Origin: a bacterium
GTDB lineage: Bacteria > UBA10199 > JAIBAG01
DNA length: 64,000 bases
Assembly (NCBI GenBank): GCA_019695305.1
Contig: JAIBAG010000013.1
Span: 6,339 to 70,338, forward strand
Reading direction: 5' to 3'
The notes beneath the pieces were generated by a model, which worked only from the letters and a program-made list of their open reading frames with translations, ran no database searches and was not told where the DNA came from. Shown here piece after piece: positions 7,866 to 17,289 of the stretch (its first letter is position 1; each line of letters opens with the position of its first letter). The translations under genes were made by a program, and so were the position numbers.

Positions 7866-8462
7866 CACAATCTTATTCTTTTTCAGCATTTCAATTACGG
7901 CCTTTGCACACTCCTCAATACTCAACTGCGCTGTTTCCAAATTAAGTTCCGGTTTTAACGGTTCTTCGTAAGGAGACGAAATGCCGGTAAAATCTTTAAT
8001 CTCTCCCTTGCGTGCTTTTTGGTAAAGGCCTTTAGGGTCTCGTTTTTCACATTCTTCGATGGGTGTATTTACAAAAATTTCAAAAAAATGACCTTGCGGA
8101 ATAATGGCCCGCACATCATCGCGGTTTTTTCTAAAAGGCGAGATGAGCGAAACGAGAGTAATCACATTGGCATCACAAAAAAGTTTGGCTACTTCGCCCA
8201 CGCGACGTATATTTTCGGATCTGCTTTTATCATCAAAACTCAAATCTTTATTAAGCCCATGGCGCAAATTATCACCATCTATTACGTAGGCGTGAAAACC
8301 TTGGGTTATAAGAGCTTTTTCTACACTTGATGCAATGGTGGATTTGCCAGAGCCCGATAAACCTGTAAACCAAAGGACGGCTCCTTTTTGTTTTAAACTT
8401 TTAGAGCGCTCTTCAGCATTTACATGGCCCTGATGCCAAACGATATTGGTGGACTTAGACAT
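7863..8462 (-). CDS. cysC: Adenylyl-sulfate (APS) kinase
   Basis: The sequence reads MSKSTNIVWHQGHV...GAVLWFTGLSGSGKSTIA (P-loop) ...DGDNLRHGLNKDL. I moved the start to the internal Met (ATG rc at 8460-8462), because the ORF-track start at 8588 would overlap cinA. Confidence 0.85.
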   Translation of the reverse strand: MSKSTNIVWHQGHVNAEERSKSLKQKGAVLWFTGLSGSGKSTIASSVEKALITQGFHAYVIDGDNLRHGLNKDLSFDDKSRSENIRRVGEVAKLFCDANVITLVSLISPFRKNRDDVRAIIPQGHFFEIFVNTPIEECEKRDPKGLYQKARKGEIKDFTGISSPYEEPLKPELNLETAQLSIEECAKAVIEMLKKNKIV

Positions 8463-8523
8463 TGGTCTTCTTTCTAATTCTTTCGTATTGAGAGTGTCAA
8501 ACACATTTGTTACAAGTGTTTTT

Positions 8524-9777
8524 ATGCAAGCTGAAATTATCACAGTAGGTGATGAAATTGTTTCCGGTAATATAGTAGATACTAACAAGGCCTATTTGTC
8601 CGATAAGCTATGGGCTGGTGGAATCAAAGTAGTATGGCATACCTCGGTGCGGGATGACGCGGCCGATATTAAGGCGGCTTTATTGCTTGCTAATCAGCGT
8701 GCTGATATTGTTTTAGTTTCTGGTGGGTTGGGGCCTACAGCTGATGATTTTACCTTAGAAATAGCCGCTAAAACTTTTCGTAAAAAAATGGTGAGGCATC
8801 AGCCTACCTTAAACCGTTTAGAAACCCTCATGAAAAAGCTGGGGCGAACACTGCACGAAAATAATAAGAAACAAGCAGATGTTCCTGAAGGCGCTGATGT
8901 TTTTGACAATAAATGGGGTACGGCGCCGGGTATTGGTATTACCTTTAAAAAGAAACGATATTATTTTTTACCGGGCGTACCACGTGAAATGAAGCAGCTT
9001 TTTGAAGATTCTGTTTTCGCGGAAATTATTCAAAATAATCCCGATAAAAAAATCTTTGTGAGTAAATTCCTCAAATGTTTTGGCACCAGTGAGGCCGATT
9101 TAGATTTGGCTCTTAAAGAACTCTATTCGGGAGTAACCGAAATTAACAATGTGCGTGTGGGCTTTAGAGCGCAGTTTCCCGAAACCACCATTAAACTTTC
9201 GGCCTGGGACAAAACAGAAGAAAATGCCGTTCAGGCCTTAGCGGCAGTTGAAGATCAAGTTCGTCAAAAAATAGGGGAGGCTATTTACGGTGAAGGTGAG
9301 GATACGCTTGAAAAAGTGGTAGGTGAACTTTTGAATAAAAGTAAAAAAACTTTAGCCCTGGCCGAATCGTGCACGGGTGGGCTTATTGCCAGCCGCGTTA
9401 CCAATGTGCCCGGATCAAGCGCTTATTTTTTAGGTGGTGCAGTAAGTTATAGTAATGAATCTAAAGTAAAACTTTTAGGTGTGAGCGAGGCCACACTTAA
9501 AACCCATGGCGCGGTAAGCAGCCAGTGTGCCATTGAAATGGCTCAAGGCATTCGTCGCCAATTAAAAAGTGATTATGGTATTGCGGTAACCGGAATTGCT
9601 GGGCCTAGTGGCGGCTCTGTTGCTAAACCTGTGGGTACGGTTTATGTGGCACTTGCTAGCCCCAACGGAACCAAAGAAAAACTGTTTAATTTTCCGCGTA
9701 ACCGCGACATGTTTAAGCTTTTAGTGAGCTCCATCGCCTTGAATTGGTTGAGAAAGGAGCTTATCGTGGTTCGCTGA
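8524..9777 (+). CDS. cinA: CinA-family protein (competence/damage-inducible protein A; NMN deamidase PncC domain)
   Basis: It has the MoCF-binding N-domain (MQAEIITVGDEIVSGNIVDTN) and a C-terminal CinA domain (LALAESCTGGLIA...YFLGG). The start was chosen at ATG 8524. Confidence 0.8.
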   Translation: MQAEIITVGDEIVSGNIVDTNKAYLSDKLWAGGIKVVWHTSVRDDAADIKAALLLANQRADIVLVSGGLGPTADDFTLEIAAKTFRKKMVRHQPTLNRLETLMKKLGRTLHENNKKQADVPEGADVFDNKWGTAPGIGITFKKKRYYFLPGVPREMKQLFEDSVFAEIIQNNPDKKIFVSKFLKCFGTSEADLDLALKELYSGVTEINNVRVGFRAQFPETTIKLSAWDKTEENAVQALAAVEDQVRQKIGEAIYGEGEDTLEKVVGELLNKSKKTLALAESCTGGLIASRVTNVPGSSAYFLGGAVSYSNESKVKLLGVSEATLKTHGAVSSQCAIEMAQGIRRQLKSDYGIAVTGIAGPSGGSVAKPVGTVYVALASPNGTKEKLFNFPRNRDMFKLLVSSIALNWLRKELIVVR

Positions 9778-9885
9778 TCGCTAATCGCGAAGAGAAAAGG
9801 GTCTTTTTTATGCGATCTGCGATAAGCGATAAACGATTCGCGAGAATCCTCTTTACAAATTTTGTTTACGTATTAGGCATAGGGC

Positions 9886-10353
9886 ATGGTTATTTACGAT
9901 CTCCAATGCTTGTTTGGGCACCGCTTTGAAGGCTGGTTTCCCAATGCCGATGCTTTTGATAAGCAACGTGCAGAGGGGCTTGTGGCCTGTTCTGAATGTG
10001 GTTCGCTTGATATTAAAAAAGTAGTTTCGGGCGGTCACATTGCCAAACATGCGGGAGCCTCCAAAAAACGGGTTGTTAAACATGCCGATGCCCTCGTGTC
10101 GGCGCCTTCACACGATTCGATGAATGTTAATTTTGATCCGGTGACGGTTGTAAAAGCCATGACCCAGTACATCAAAAATAACTGTAAAAACGTGAGCGAT
10201 AAATTTGCCGAAACCGCTATTAAAATGCACAAAGGTGAAGCCCCGCATGAAGCTATCTACGGCAGTGCCACGGAAGATGATTATCAAAAAATGGAAGATG
10301 AAGGCGTGCCTTACGCCGTAGTGCCTAAACTGGGTGAAGAGTTTGAGAATTAA
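9886..10353 (+). CDS. DUF1178-family zinc-ribbon protein
   Basis: MVIYDLQCLFGHRFEGWFPNADAFDKQ...CSECGS matches the DUF1178 N-terminal signature. Confidence 0.55.
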   Translation: MVIYDLQCLFGHRFEGWFPNADAFDKQRAEGLVACSECGSLDIKKVVSGGHIAKHAGASKKRVVKHADALVSAPSHDSMNVNFDPVTVVKAMTQYIKNNCKNVSDKFAETAIKMHKGEAPHEAIYGSATEDDYQKMEDEGVPYAVVPKLGEEFEN

Positions 10354-10356
10354 ATT

Positions 10357-11445
10357 TTATGCCTTTGGCCTATAGATATAATAAAGAGCAACAAGTAGCC
10401 CAATAAAGCCCACAACAATAAGCCAGAATAATTTAATAAATAGCACGGCTAGCACAACGCAAATTAGACTAAAAATAAAACAGAGAACGCCAAGAGCCGT
10501 GTGAGCTATTTTTCCAAAAAAGGGAACTACTTCAAAAACGTGTCTAAAGGGTTTTGCCAAAAGGTAAAACGCCAACCAAAGAAATAAAAAACTAAAAAAG
10601 CGACCCGCATAAAACATGGCTGTATCGGCTTGAGTGAGCCATCGTTGCATTTCAGTTTTTGAGCCTGGATAAATAGATATATGGCAAGGACGGATTTTAG
10701 AGAGACATAATGGTACAAGCGAAGAGCCATCCCACGCACCCATCACAGTTACTTGTTTGTTTAACGGGAAGCTTTCATATGTAAATTTAAGATCCCCCAC
10801 TGTAAAAGCTTGGCTCTCTGATTGAGCACTATTACTTTTGTATAAGGTTACCAAGTCGCTACCAATAAACAAATTGGAATTGTCAGGAGCTACTTTGTTG
10901 ATCATTGAGGGCGATAAGGTAAAGGGAAGGGTTTGCGCTATTTGTAACGAAAAAAGTTGGTCGGGTTCTATAAGCAAGGGAATATTGCCAACGCGAATGT
11001 CTTGTCCTAAAAAAATCTGGGTTGATTTAAAAGGGGATGATGGATTTTGATGCCCATCTTTAATGAAAAAAGTACTGCTGTTAGGGACGTTATCGCTAAA
11101 CCATTCGGTGGTATATTGGTAATCTTCAAGCTGTTTAGGCGGGTTTTTAAGCGTTTTTTGTTGCCAGGCATAAATTTGAGCCGATCTCTTTAAATAGAGT
11201 GGGGGATAGTTTGCAATGCTTGTATGGGGTAAAAAGTTTTCATCAACAGCAGGTTTTGAGGCTGTAATAGTCCCCGATATCCAAAACGATTTTTTGAATG
11301 AAGGTTCTGTGGGCTTATCTGTGCTTAGATTTATGGCGCTATTCATTATTTTTCCATATTCGGGTGCTGTTTCCGAATAAAAAAGAATGAGCAAGGCAAA
11401 GGGGATAAAGAGAGTTCCAAAAATAACGGATGTTGCTGGTTTCAT
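10357..11445 (-). CDS. Hypothetical membrane protein. It has an N-terminal TM, a large extracytoplasmic domain and C-terminal TM helices.
   Basis: 362-aa ORF with hydrophobic N- and C-terminal segments. No recognisable family. Confidence 0.45.
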   Translation of the reverse strand: MKPATSVIFGTLFIPFALLILFYSETAPEYGKIMNSAINLSTDKPTEPSFKKSFWISGTITASKPAVDENFLPHTSIANYPPLYLKRSAQIYAWQQKTLKNPPKQLEDYQYTTEWFSDNVPNSSTFFIKDGHQNPSSPFKSTQIFLGQDIRVGNIPLLIEPDQLFSLQIAQTLPFTLSPSMINKVAPDNSNLFIGSDLVTLYKSNSAQSESQAFTVGDLKFTYESFPLNKQVTVMGAWDGSSLVPLCLSKIRPCHISIYPGSKTEMQRWLTQADTAMFYAGRFFSFLFLWLAFYLLAKPFRHVFEVVPFFGKIAHTALGVLCFIFSLICVVLAVLFIKLFWLIVVGFIGLLVALYYIYRPKA

Positions 11446-11564
11446 AAGTCATGTTTATATGACGAAACTAATAGAGAGTCTAAAACTTTTCTTGTCTGTT
11501 TGCTGTTTTTTGTTACATTACCTGCAGATTTTTTCTTTATATCTAAAATAGCGGGGGCTTAATT

Positions 11565-14321
11565 ATGAAAAGGGCGTTGCTTGTATTTTTTGTTGTCGCT
11601 TTTTTTGTTCCCTCCTTAGTTTTTGCCGAAGATCTGGCTATTTATGTCACCAACAATTTCGATAATACGGTATCAGTCATTGACCCTGCCACTGATACGG
11701 TGACGGATACGATTAACGTGGGTACTGGCCCCCGAGGTGTAGCGGTGTTGCCGGATGCGAGTGCTGTGTATGTGGCCAATAATGGAAGTAACAATGTTTC
11801 GGTGATTGATCCAACGGATAATACAGAGGTAGATACAATTTCTGTGGGGGCCGAACCTGATTCGGTGGTGGCAAACCCTAATAGTACCACCGTGTATGTG
11901 ACCAACAATGGAGATAACTCGGTATCTATTATTGATGTTGAATCAGGTACTGTTACCGATACGGTGCTAGTGGGAAATTCCCCTCGTGGTTTGGCGATTA
12001 CTCCTGATGGTGCTTTTTTATATGTGGCCAATACCGCAAGCGATTCAGTGTCGGTGGTGGATTTATCCGATAATAGTGTTTCTTCCATCAATATAGGAGG
12101 CGGTTCTTTTCCTATTAACGTTACTATTAGCCATGACGGTGCTTTTGCTTATGTGAGCGAATTTTTGGGTTCGGATGTAGATAAGATTGATACGTCTAAC
12201 AATACTATTGTTGATTCGGCACTCTCAGGTTTTGAAACTTTTAGCACCGTTATCACAAACGATGATGGCTTGGTATATGCTGTTGATGCCGCGAGCCAAG
12301 AAGTTGATTTAATCACGACAGATCCCATGACACTTGAAGATAATGTGTCTGTGGGTGCTTTTCCGCGTTATGGAGCTCTCAATGAAGACGAAACAAAGCT
12401 TTATGTTACCGAGAGTGATAATGCTACGGTGGGTATTGTAAATACCGATACTTTGGTGCGCACATCTGTGGCTGTTGGTCTTACACCTTATGGTATTGCT
12501 ATTTTACGTGATGTTTCTGCTGGTGCAGGGGCTTTAACGGTAACCATCACAACTCCCTTTGATGCTAATATCACGGCGTCTGGCGAAGTGACGCCCGACC
12601 GATCTTTTTCTTATCAGGTTGTTGTTGCCAATACAGGCGGGGCAGATTTGGACGATACACAATTAGTGCTTACCAGTGGCCCCTATACAATGGTTGGTGG
12701 CAGAATTCATATGGAAGAAAATCAAATTTATGAATTAAGCGGTGACGCTGGAACTTCTACATCTACTATTACATGTACGGAGAGCGGCGCAAAAATACTT
12801 ACTTGTGATATTGGAACCTTAACTGCGGGAGATACCCGTTATTTTAAAGTGGCGATGCATGTAGGCGATTTAACCAGTGGAGAAGTGGATGATGATTTTA
12901 CGGCAACGGCCACGTCGGATTCTATCACGGCTAACGATAGTTCAACCCTTACTACGCTGGGTGCTGGTTATTCATCGGGGTGTGCTTTTAACATAGCGGG
13001 TAACCGCCTTTTTGACGGGAGTCGCGAAATGAAAAATACTTTATTATTATTCTCTTTTCTTATTATGCCTGTTTTAATTTTACGTTGGCGTAGGGCAAAA
13101 ATATTTTTATCTCTTTTATTACTTATCTTTCTTTATAGTGCTCCGTCTATAGCTTCTACAAGCCGTTTTTCGGTTAATCCCGATGCGCCCACTCTGGGGA
13201 GTAGCGGTATTATTTATACTTTGGGAGCCAAAGCACCCCAAAAGCCGTATCATTTTAGCTTTGATACCGAATACGGGTATAATCATGCCAAAGTACAAGG
13301 TGTGACCGATGGCATTGTTACTCATTTAGTGACGCATTATTTAGGTTTTGGTTTTTATCCCAAGCAAAAACTGGGCATTGATGTAGTTGTTCCCGTTTTA
13401 TCGGTGAACCAAATTCATTTAATAAATCATGATGGCAATAAACCCGGAATAGGGGATATAACCGTGCGTGGACGTATTCCTCTGGTAAAAAGTAAAAGTG
13501 GCAAAACAAATTTTGCCATCATTCCTTACATGAGTATACCCACGGGTAACGATCAGTATTTTGTATCCGATAAATATCCTCGTGGCGGGCTAGTGGGTGC
13601 GCTTGATTGGGAAATGGGAGAGAAATGGTATTCGGCCATTAACTTGGGTTTTGAGGCGCGGCAGAGTATTGATTCGAGAAATTTTAATGAAAAAGGTCGT
13701 GCTTTAGGACGTATTGGAACAGCTTACGCTGTTTCTAAACAGGTAAAAGTAAAAGCCGATTTAGTAGGAGCAACCGCGGTCAATAAACCTTTTAAAGATC
13801 AACCGGCAACGGTGCTTGAAGCTATGGGTGGTGTTGAGATTGATTTAAAAAATCATCCCGTTTCTTTTAACGTAAACGCCGGTGGACCTTTGGTGCGTGG
13901 GGCTACTTCGCCCAGCTTTAGAGCTGATGCCGGTGTGACTGTTGGTTGGGGGAAGGGCGAAAAAGGGCTTGGAAAAGCGGAACTTAAAGCGTTGCAGCCC
14001 ACACTTTATTTTAATTCGGCCTCGGCAAAAATTGGTAAAGACGACCAGGCCAAATTAAATCAGGTGGCTGCTCTCTTAAAGCAATACCCCAAGATTAAAT
14101 TAATGGTAGCCGAAGGTCATACCGATAATAAAGGTTCATCCAGGGTGAATCAAAAGTTATCTGTTAAACGTGCAACGGCAGTTAAAAATTATTTGGTAAA
14201 ACAAAAAATTGCCTCTAACCGCATTGAGGTGACAGGTTTTGCTGATACTAAACCGGTAGCCAGCAATAATACCGATAAGGGGCGTGCTCAAAATCGTCGT
14301 GTTGAGTTAAGGGTAAAGTAA
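11565..14321 (+). CDS. Large surface/outer-membrane protein. Order of parts: signal peptide, YVTN beta-propeller repeats, DUF11-like domain, internal TM-RWRRAK-TM hairpin, beta-barrel region, C-terminal OmpA peptidoglycan-binding domain.
   Basis: 918 aa. The N-terminus is MKRALLVFFVVAFFVPSLVFA. There are repeated ~40-aa units (YVTNN..N.VSVID..T.TVTDTI.VG..P.G.A). The C-terminus reads ...LMVAEGHTDNKGS...NQKLSVKRA..V..YL....I...R.EVTGFADTKP...N.....NRRVELRV (OmpA_C). Confidence 0.7.
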   Translation: MKRALLVFFVVAFFVPSLVFAEDLAIYVTNNFDNTVSVIDPATDTVTDTINVGTGPRGVAVLPDASAVYVANNGSNNVSVIDPTDNTEVDTISVGAEPDSVVANPNSTTVYVTNNGDNSVSIIDVESGTVTDTVLVGNSPRGLAITPDGAFLYVANTASDSVSVVDLSDNSVSSINIGGGSFPINVTISHDGAFAYVSEFLGSDVDKIDTSNNTIVDSALSGFETFSTVITNDDGLVYAVDAASQEVDLITTDPMTLEDNVSVGAFPRYGALNEDETKLYVTESDNATVGIVNTDTLVRTSVAVGLTPYGIAILRDVSAGAGALTVTITTPFDANITASGEVTPDRSFSYQVVVANTGGADLDDTQLVLTSGPYTMVGGRIHMEENQIYELSGDAGTSTSTITCTESGAKILTCDIGTLTAGDTRYFKVAMHVGDLTSGEVDDDFTATATSDSITANDSSTLTTLGAGYSSGCAFNIAGNRLFDGSREMKNTLLLFSFLIMPVLILRWRRAKIFLSLLLLIFLYSAPSIASTSRFSVNPDAPTLGSSGIIYTLGAKAPQKPYHFSFDTEYGYNHAKVQGVTDGIVTHLVTHYLGFGFYPKQKLGIDVVVPVLSVNQIHLINHDGNKPGIGDITVRGRIPLVKSKSGKTNFAIIPYMSIPTGNDQYFVSDKYPRGGLVGALDWEMGEKWYSAINLGFEARQSIDSRNFNEKGRALGRIGTAYAVSKQVKVKADLVGATAVNKPFKDQPATVLEAMGGVEIDLKNHPVSFNVNAGGPLVRGATSPSFRADAGVTVGWGKGEKGLGKAELKALQPTLYFNSASAKIGKDDQAKLNQVAALLKQYPKIKLMVAEGHTDNKGSSRVNQKLSVKRATAVKNYLVKQKIASNRIEVTGFADTKPVASNNTDKGRAQNRRVELRVK

Positions 14322-14353
14322 ATTATTTATGTGTTTAAAATAGAGGGAGAACT

Positions 14354-17146
14354 ATGCGTTTGAAATTCTTGTTTGTTTTTTTTGTGTGTCTTGTTTGTAG
14401 TTTATTCACCCATTCAGTTAAAAGTTGGGCCGATGATTTAGGCCTCTATGTAGGCGATACTGCCCTTGGCGTGGTTACAGTGTTTGATCCGGAATCGGAT
14501 ACAGCGACCGATACAATTGATGTGGGAGACGAACCCAAAGGTATTGTGGCCTTGCCCGATGCCAGCGCTTTGTATGTAGCCAATAGTTTAACCAGTGATG
14601 TGTCGGTGATTGACCCAACCGACAATACGGTGAGTGCTACCATTGACGTAGGTATAGCCCCCGAGCAACTAGTGGCTACTCCCGATAGTTCTACTGTTTA
14701 TGTAACTTGCTCCATTGATGATATTGTTTATGTAATCGACACAGCAAGTAATACCGTTACCGATACAATTGCTGTAGGTAATTCGCCCGTTGGTATTGCT
14801 ATTAACCCGGCCGGAACAAAAGTGTATGTGGGTAATTCAGCTGACAGCACCATTTCGGTAATTGATACTTCTAGTAATACGGTTACTGCTACCATCACCT
14901 TGCCAGGTGGTTCCAGCCCGCTTAATTTGTTGGTGAATCATGCGGGCACTATTCTTTATTCTTCCAACAATGGAACAGCGGATATTACGGAGATTAGCAC
15001 CTCTAACAACACTATTAGTACAACTATTGAAGTGGGAGTTTTTCCATTAGGGTTGGTATTAAATGACGATGATAGTCTTTTATTTGTACTCAATTCGGGA
15101 GATAACGATATCGATGTCATATCAACAGCTACACGCACTATCGTTGAAACCATCGCTGTAGGTAATTTTCCGCGCCAGGCTATTTTAAATGAAGATGAAA
15201 CTAAACTTTATTTAACCGAGGATGCTTCCGGAACCTTAGGGATCATCAGTGTTGATGGACTCACTCACACTACGGTGGCTGCGGGTAACCAGCCATATGG
15301 CATTGCCATGTTGCACTTTAATAACACTCCCACTTTAACAGTTGCGGTCAGCACCTATCTCTCCGAGCTCTACAAAGCAGGGCTGGCAAAAATGGGAACT
15401 AAATTCCACTATCAGGTGGCCATCAGTAATACAGGGGAGTTCGATTCACTCAATACCATATTACGTCTTTATACGCCTGACGAACATCGTGGAAACGGAA
15501 ATATTTTGCGTGAGAATGATACACTTGAAATCTTAGATGGTGATGCAGGCACTGTAACAGGAACGATAGCTTGCACACCCACCTCCGACAATTTGACCAT
15601 TATTTGTGATATTGGAACGATAGACGCAGGCAGTACCGTGTATTTTAGAATTAATATGAGGGTGGGATTTTATAACGACAATGGTGCTACGTATCAAAGA
15701 TACTTCAATACTTTTTATGCCACGGTTGCAAATCCTGATATCGACGAAATAGACACCGACATTACGTTTACAACTGCGGTGGATCCTACTTATCCCGATT
15801 GCACCTGCCATGTTGACCCAAGCCGGCAGTTTGATGTGGGCCAGGAAATAAAAAATACTCTGCTCATGCTTGCTTTCCTTGTTTTGCCGCTCTTTGCTCT
15901 GCGTTTACGCAAAGGCAAAATGCTGCTTTCTCTAGTGCTGATGTTTTTGCTTTATAACTCCAGTTCTATGGCGGCAACGGACCAATTTTCGGTAAATCCC
16001 GATGCCCCTGTTTTGGGTTCTCCGGGTATTATTTATACCTTGGGAGCTAAAAAACCCACATCGCCCTATACTTTTTCGTTTGATACTCAGTATGGGTACA
16101 ATCATTTAAAATGGAGCGGTGTGAGTAAGGGACTTATCAACCACCTGGTTACCCATAATTTGGGTTTTAGTTTTTCTCCCAAACAAAAACTGGGGCTCGA
16201 TGTGATTGTGCCTATTGTATCGGTCAATAAACGATTAGCCCCATCGCTTTCAACTTATGCCAACAAAGCCACGTTAGGCGATGTTTTGTTACGAGGGCAT
16301 ATTCCTGTTGCTCATAGCCAGAGTGGTAAAACTCATTTTGCACTGGTGCCGTATCTCACTATTCCCACCGGTATGGAAAAATATTATGTGGCCGATAAAT
16401 ATCCCCGTGGCGGGCTTATTGGAGCCCTCGATTGGGAAATGGGCGACAAATGGTATTCGGCTTTAAACGTGGGTGTAGAAGCGCGGCAAAGTGTTAGCTA
16501 TAGCAATTACAACCAGAAGGGGCGTATTTTAGGCAGTATCGGTTCGGCCTATGCTGTATCCAAACAAGTAAAACTGAAAGTGGATCTGGTAGGCTCAACG
16601 GCCATCAACAAACCCTTAACACATCAGGTAAGCTCTCCGCTTGAGGCGATGGGTGGCGTGGATGTGGAACTTAAAAATCATCCGGTTAGTTTTAATGTAA
16701 GCGGCGGTGTTCCCTTGGTGCGCGGCGCTACATCGCCTACGTTTAGAGCCGATGCGGGTGTGACCGTTGGCTGGGGGAAGGGCGAAAAAGGTTTAGGACG
16801 TGATGCTTTGCGTGCCTTGCAACCCACCATTTATTTTGCCAGCAACTCGTCTAAAATTTCTAAAGACGATAAGGCAAAACTGGATACGGTGGTTTCACTT
16901 TTAAAACAAAATCCAAAAGTAAAATTAATTGTAGCTGAAGGGCATACCGATAATACGGGTACGCACAAGGCCAATCAAAAATTATCGTTGGGCCGGGCTA
17001 ATGCGGTTAAAAAATATTTAACGGGTAAGGGGATTACGCCTTTGCGTATTGAAGTAAGCGGTTTTGCCGATACAAAACCTGCTGTTTCTAATTCTAATGA
17101 TACAGGCAAAGCTAAAAACCGTCGGGTGGAACTGAGAGTGCGCTAG
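14354..17146 (+). CDS. Paralog of the upstream gene, with the same YVTN beta-propeller/DUF11-like, TM hairpin, beta-barrel and OmpA_C architecture
   Basis: 930 aa. The C-terminal half is collinear with 11565-14321 (FSVNPDAP.LGS.GIIYTLGAK...KYPRGGL.GALDWEMG.KWYSA.N.G.EARQS...VELRV). The N-terminal half has divergent YVTN repeats. Confidence 0.7.
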   Translation: MRLKFLFVFFVCLVCSLFTHSVKSWADDLGLYVGDTALGVVTVFDPESDTATDTIDVGDEPKGIVALPDASALYVANSLTSDVSVIDPTDNTVSATIDVGIAPEQLVATPDSSTVYVTCSIDDIVYVIDTASNTVTDTIAVGNSPVGIAINPAGTKVYVGNSADSTISVIDTSSNTVTATITLPGGSSPLNLLVNHAGTILYSSNNGTADITEISTSNNTISTTIEVGVFPLGLVLNDDDSLLFVLNSGDNDIDVISTATRTIVETIAVGNFPRQAILNEDETKLYLTEDASGTLGIISVDGLTHTTVAAGNQPYGIAMLHFNNTPTLTVAVSTYLSELYKAGLAKMGTKFHYQVAISNTGEFDSLNTILRLYTPDEHRGNGNILRENDTLEILDGDAGTVTGTIACTPTSDNLTIICDIGTIDAGSTVYFRINMRVGFYNDNGATYQRYFNTFYATVANPDIDEIDTDITFTTAVDPTYPDCTCHVDPSRQFDVGQEIKNTLLMLAFLVLPLFALRLRKGKMLLSLVLMFLLYNSSSMAATDQFSVNPDAPVLGSPGIIYTLGAKKPTSPYTFSFDTQYGYNHLKWSGVSKGLINHLVTHNLGFSFSPKQKLGLDVIVPIVSVNKRLAPSLSTYANKATLGDVLLRGHIPVAHSQSGKTHFALVPYLTIPTGMEKYYVADKYPRGGLIGALDWEMGDKWYSALNVGVEARQSVSYSNYNQKGRILGSIGSAYAVSKQVKLKVDLVGSTAINKPLTHQVSSPLEAMGGVDVELKNHPVSFNVSGGVPLVRGATSPTFRADAGVTVGWGKGEKGLGRDALRALQPTIYFASNSSKISKDDKAKLDTVVSLLKQNPKVKLIVAEGHTDNTGTHKANQKLSLGRANAVKKYLTGKGITPLRIEVSGFADTKPAVSNSNDTGKAKNRRVELRVR

Positions 17147-17215
17147 TCCGACTTGTCTGACGAGTCCGACGCGTCGGACCTGTCGGACTCAGAATCGGAC
17201 TCTGAAGAATTTTTC
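17147..17215. repeat. Array of five GTC(N)GAC-containing 9-mers followed by TGAAGAA. A second copy lies in-frame inside the downstream gene at 17634-17700.
   Basis: gtccgacttgtctgacgagtccgacgcgtcggacctgtcggac...tctgaagaa (17150-17212) compared with gtccgacctgtcagacccgtcggacaagtctgacttgtctgacaagattttgaagaa (17637-17691). Confidence 0.6.
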
Positions 17216-17289
17216 TAAAAACACTTCCTTTAAAATTCAAAGAGTTATCGTTTTGTGCTTTTTGGCATAAGCTTTGCTTTAGCCAAAGC

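Noticed and set aside
11642-12091. 149-aa minus-strand ORF inside the first YVTN/OmpA gene
   Set aside because: It is an antisense artefact of the repetitive T/D/V-rich repeat region. Its frame overlaps a long conserved + strand ORF.
13029-14321. Internal Met (MKNTLL...) as an independent start for a separate OmpA-like gene
   Set aside because: The ORF is continuous with no stop codon. The paralog has Ile at the equivalent position, and the junction is conserved in-frame in both copies. I therefore treat it as one fusion gene, and report the junction as a finding instead.
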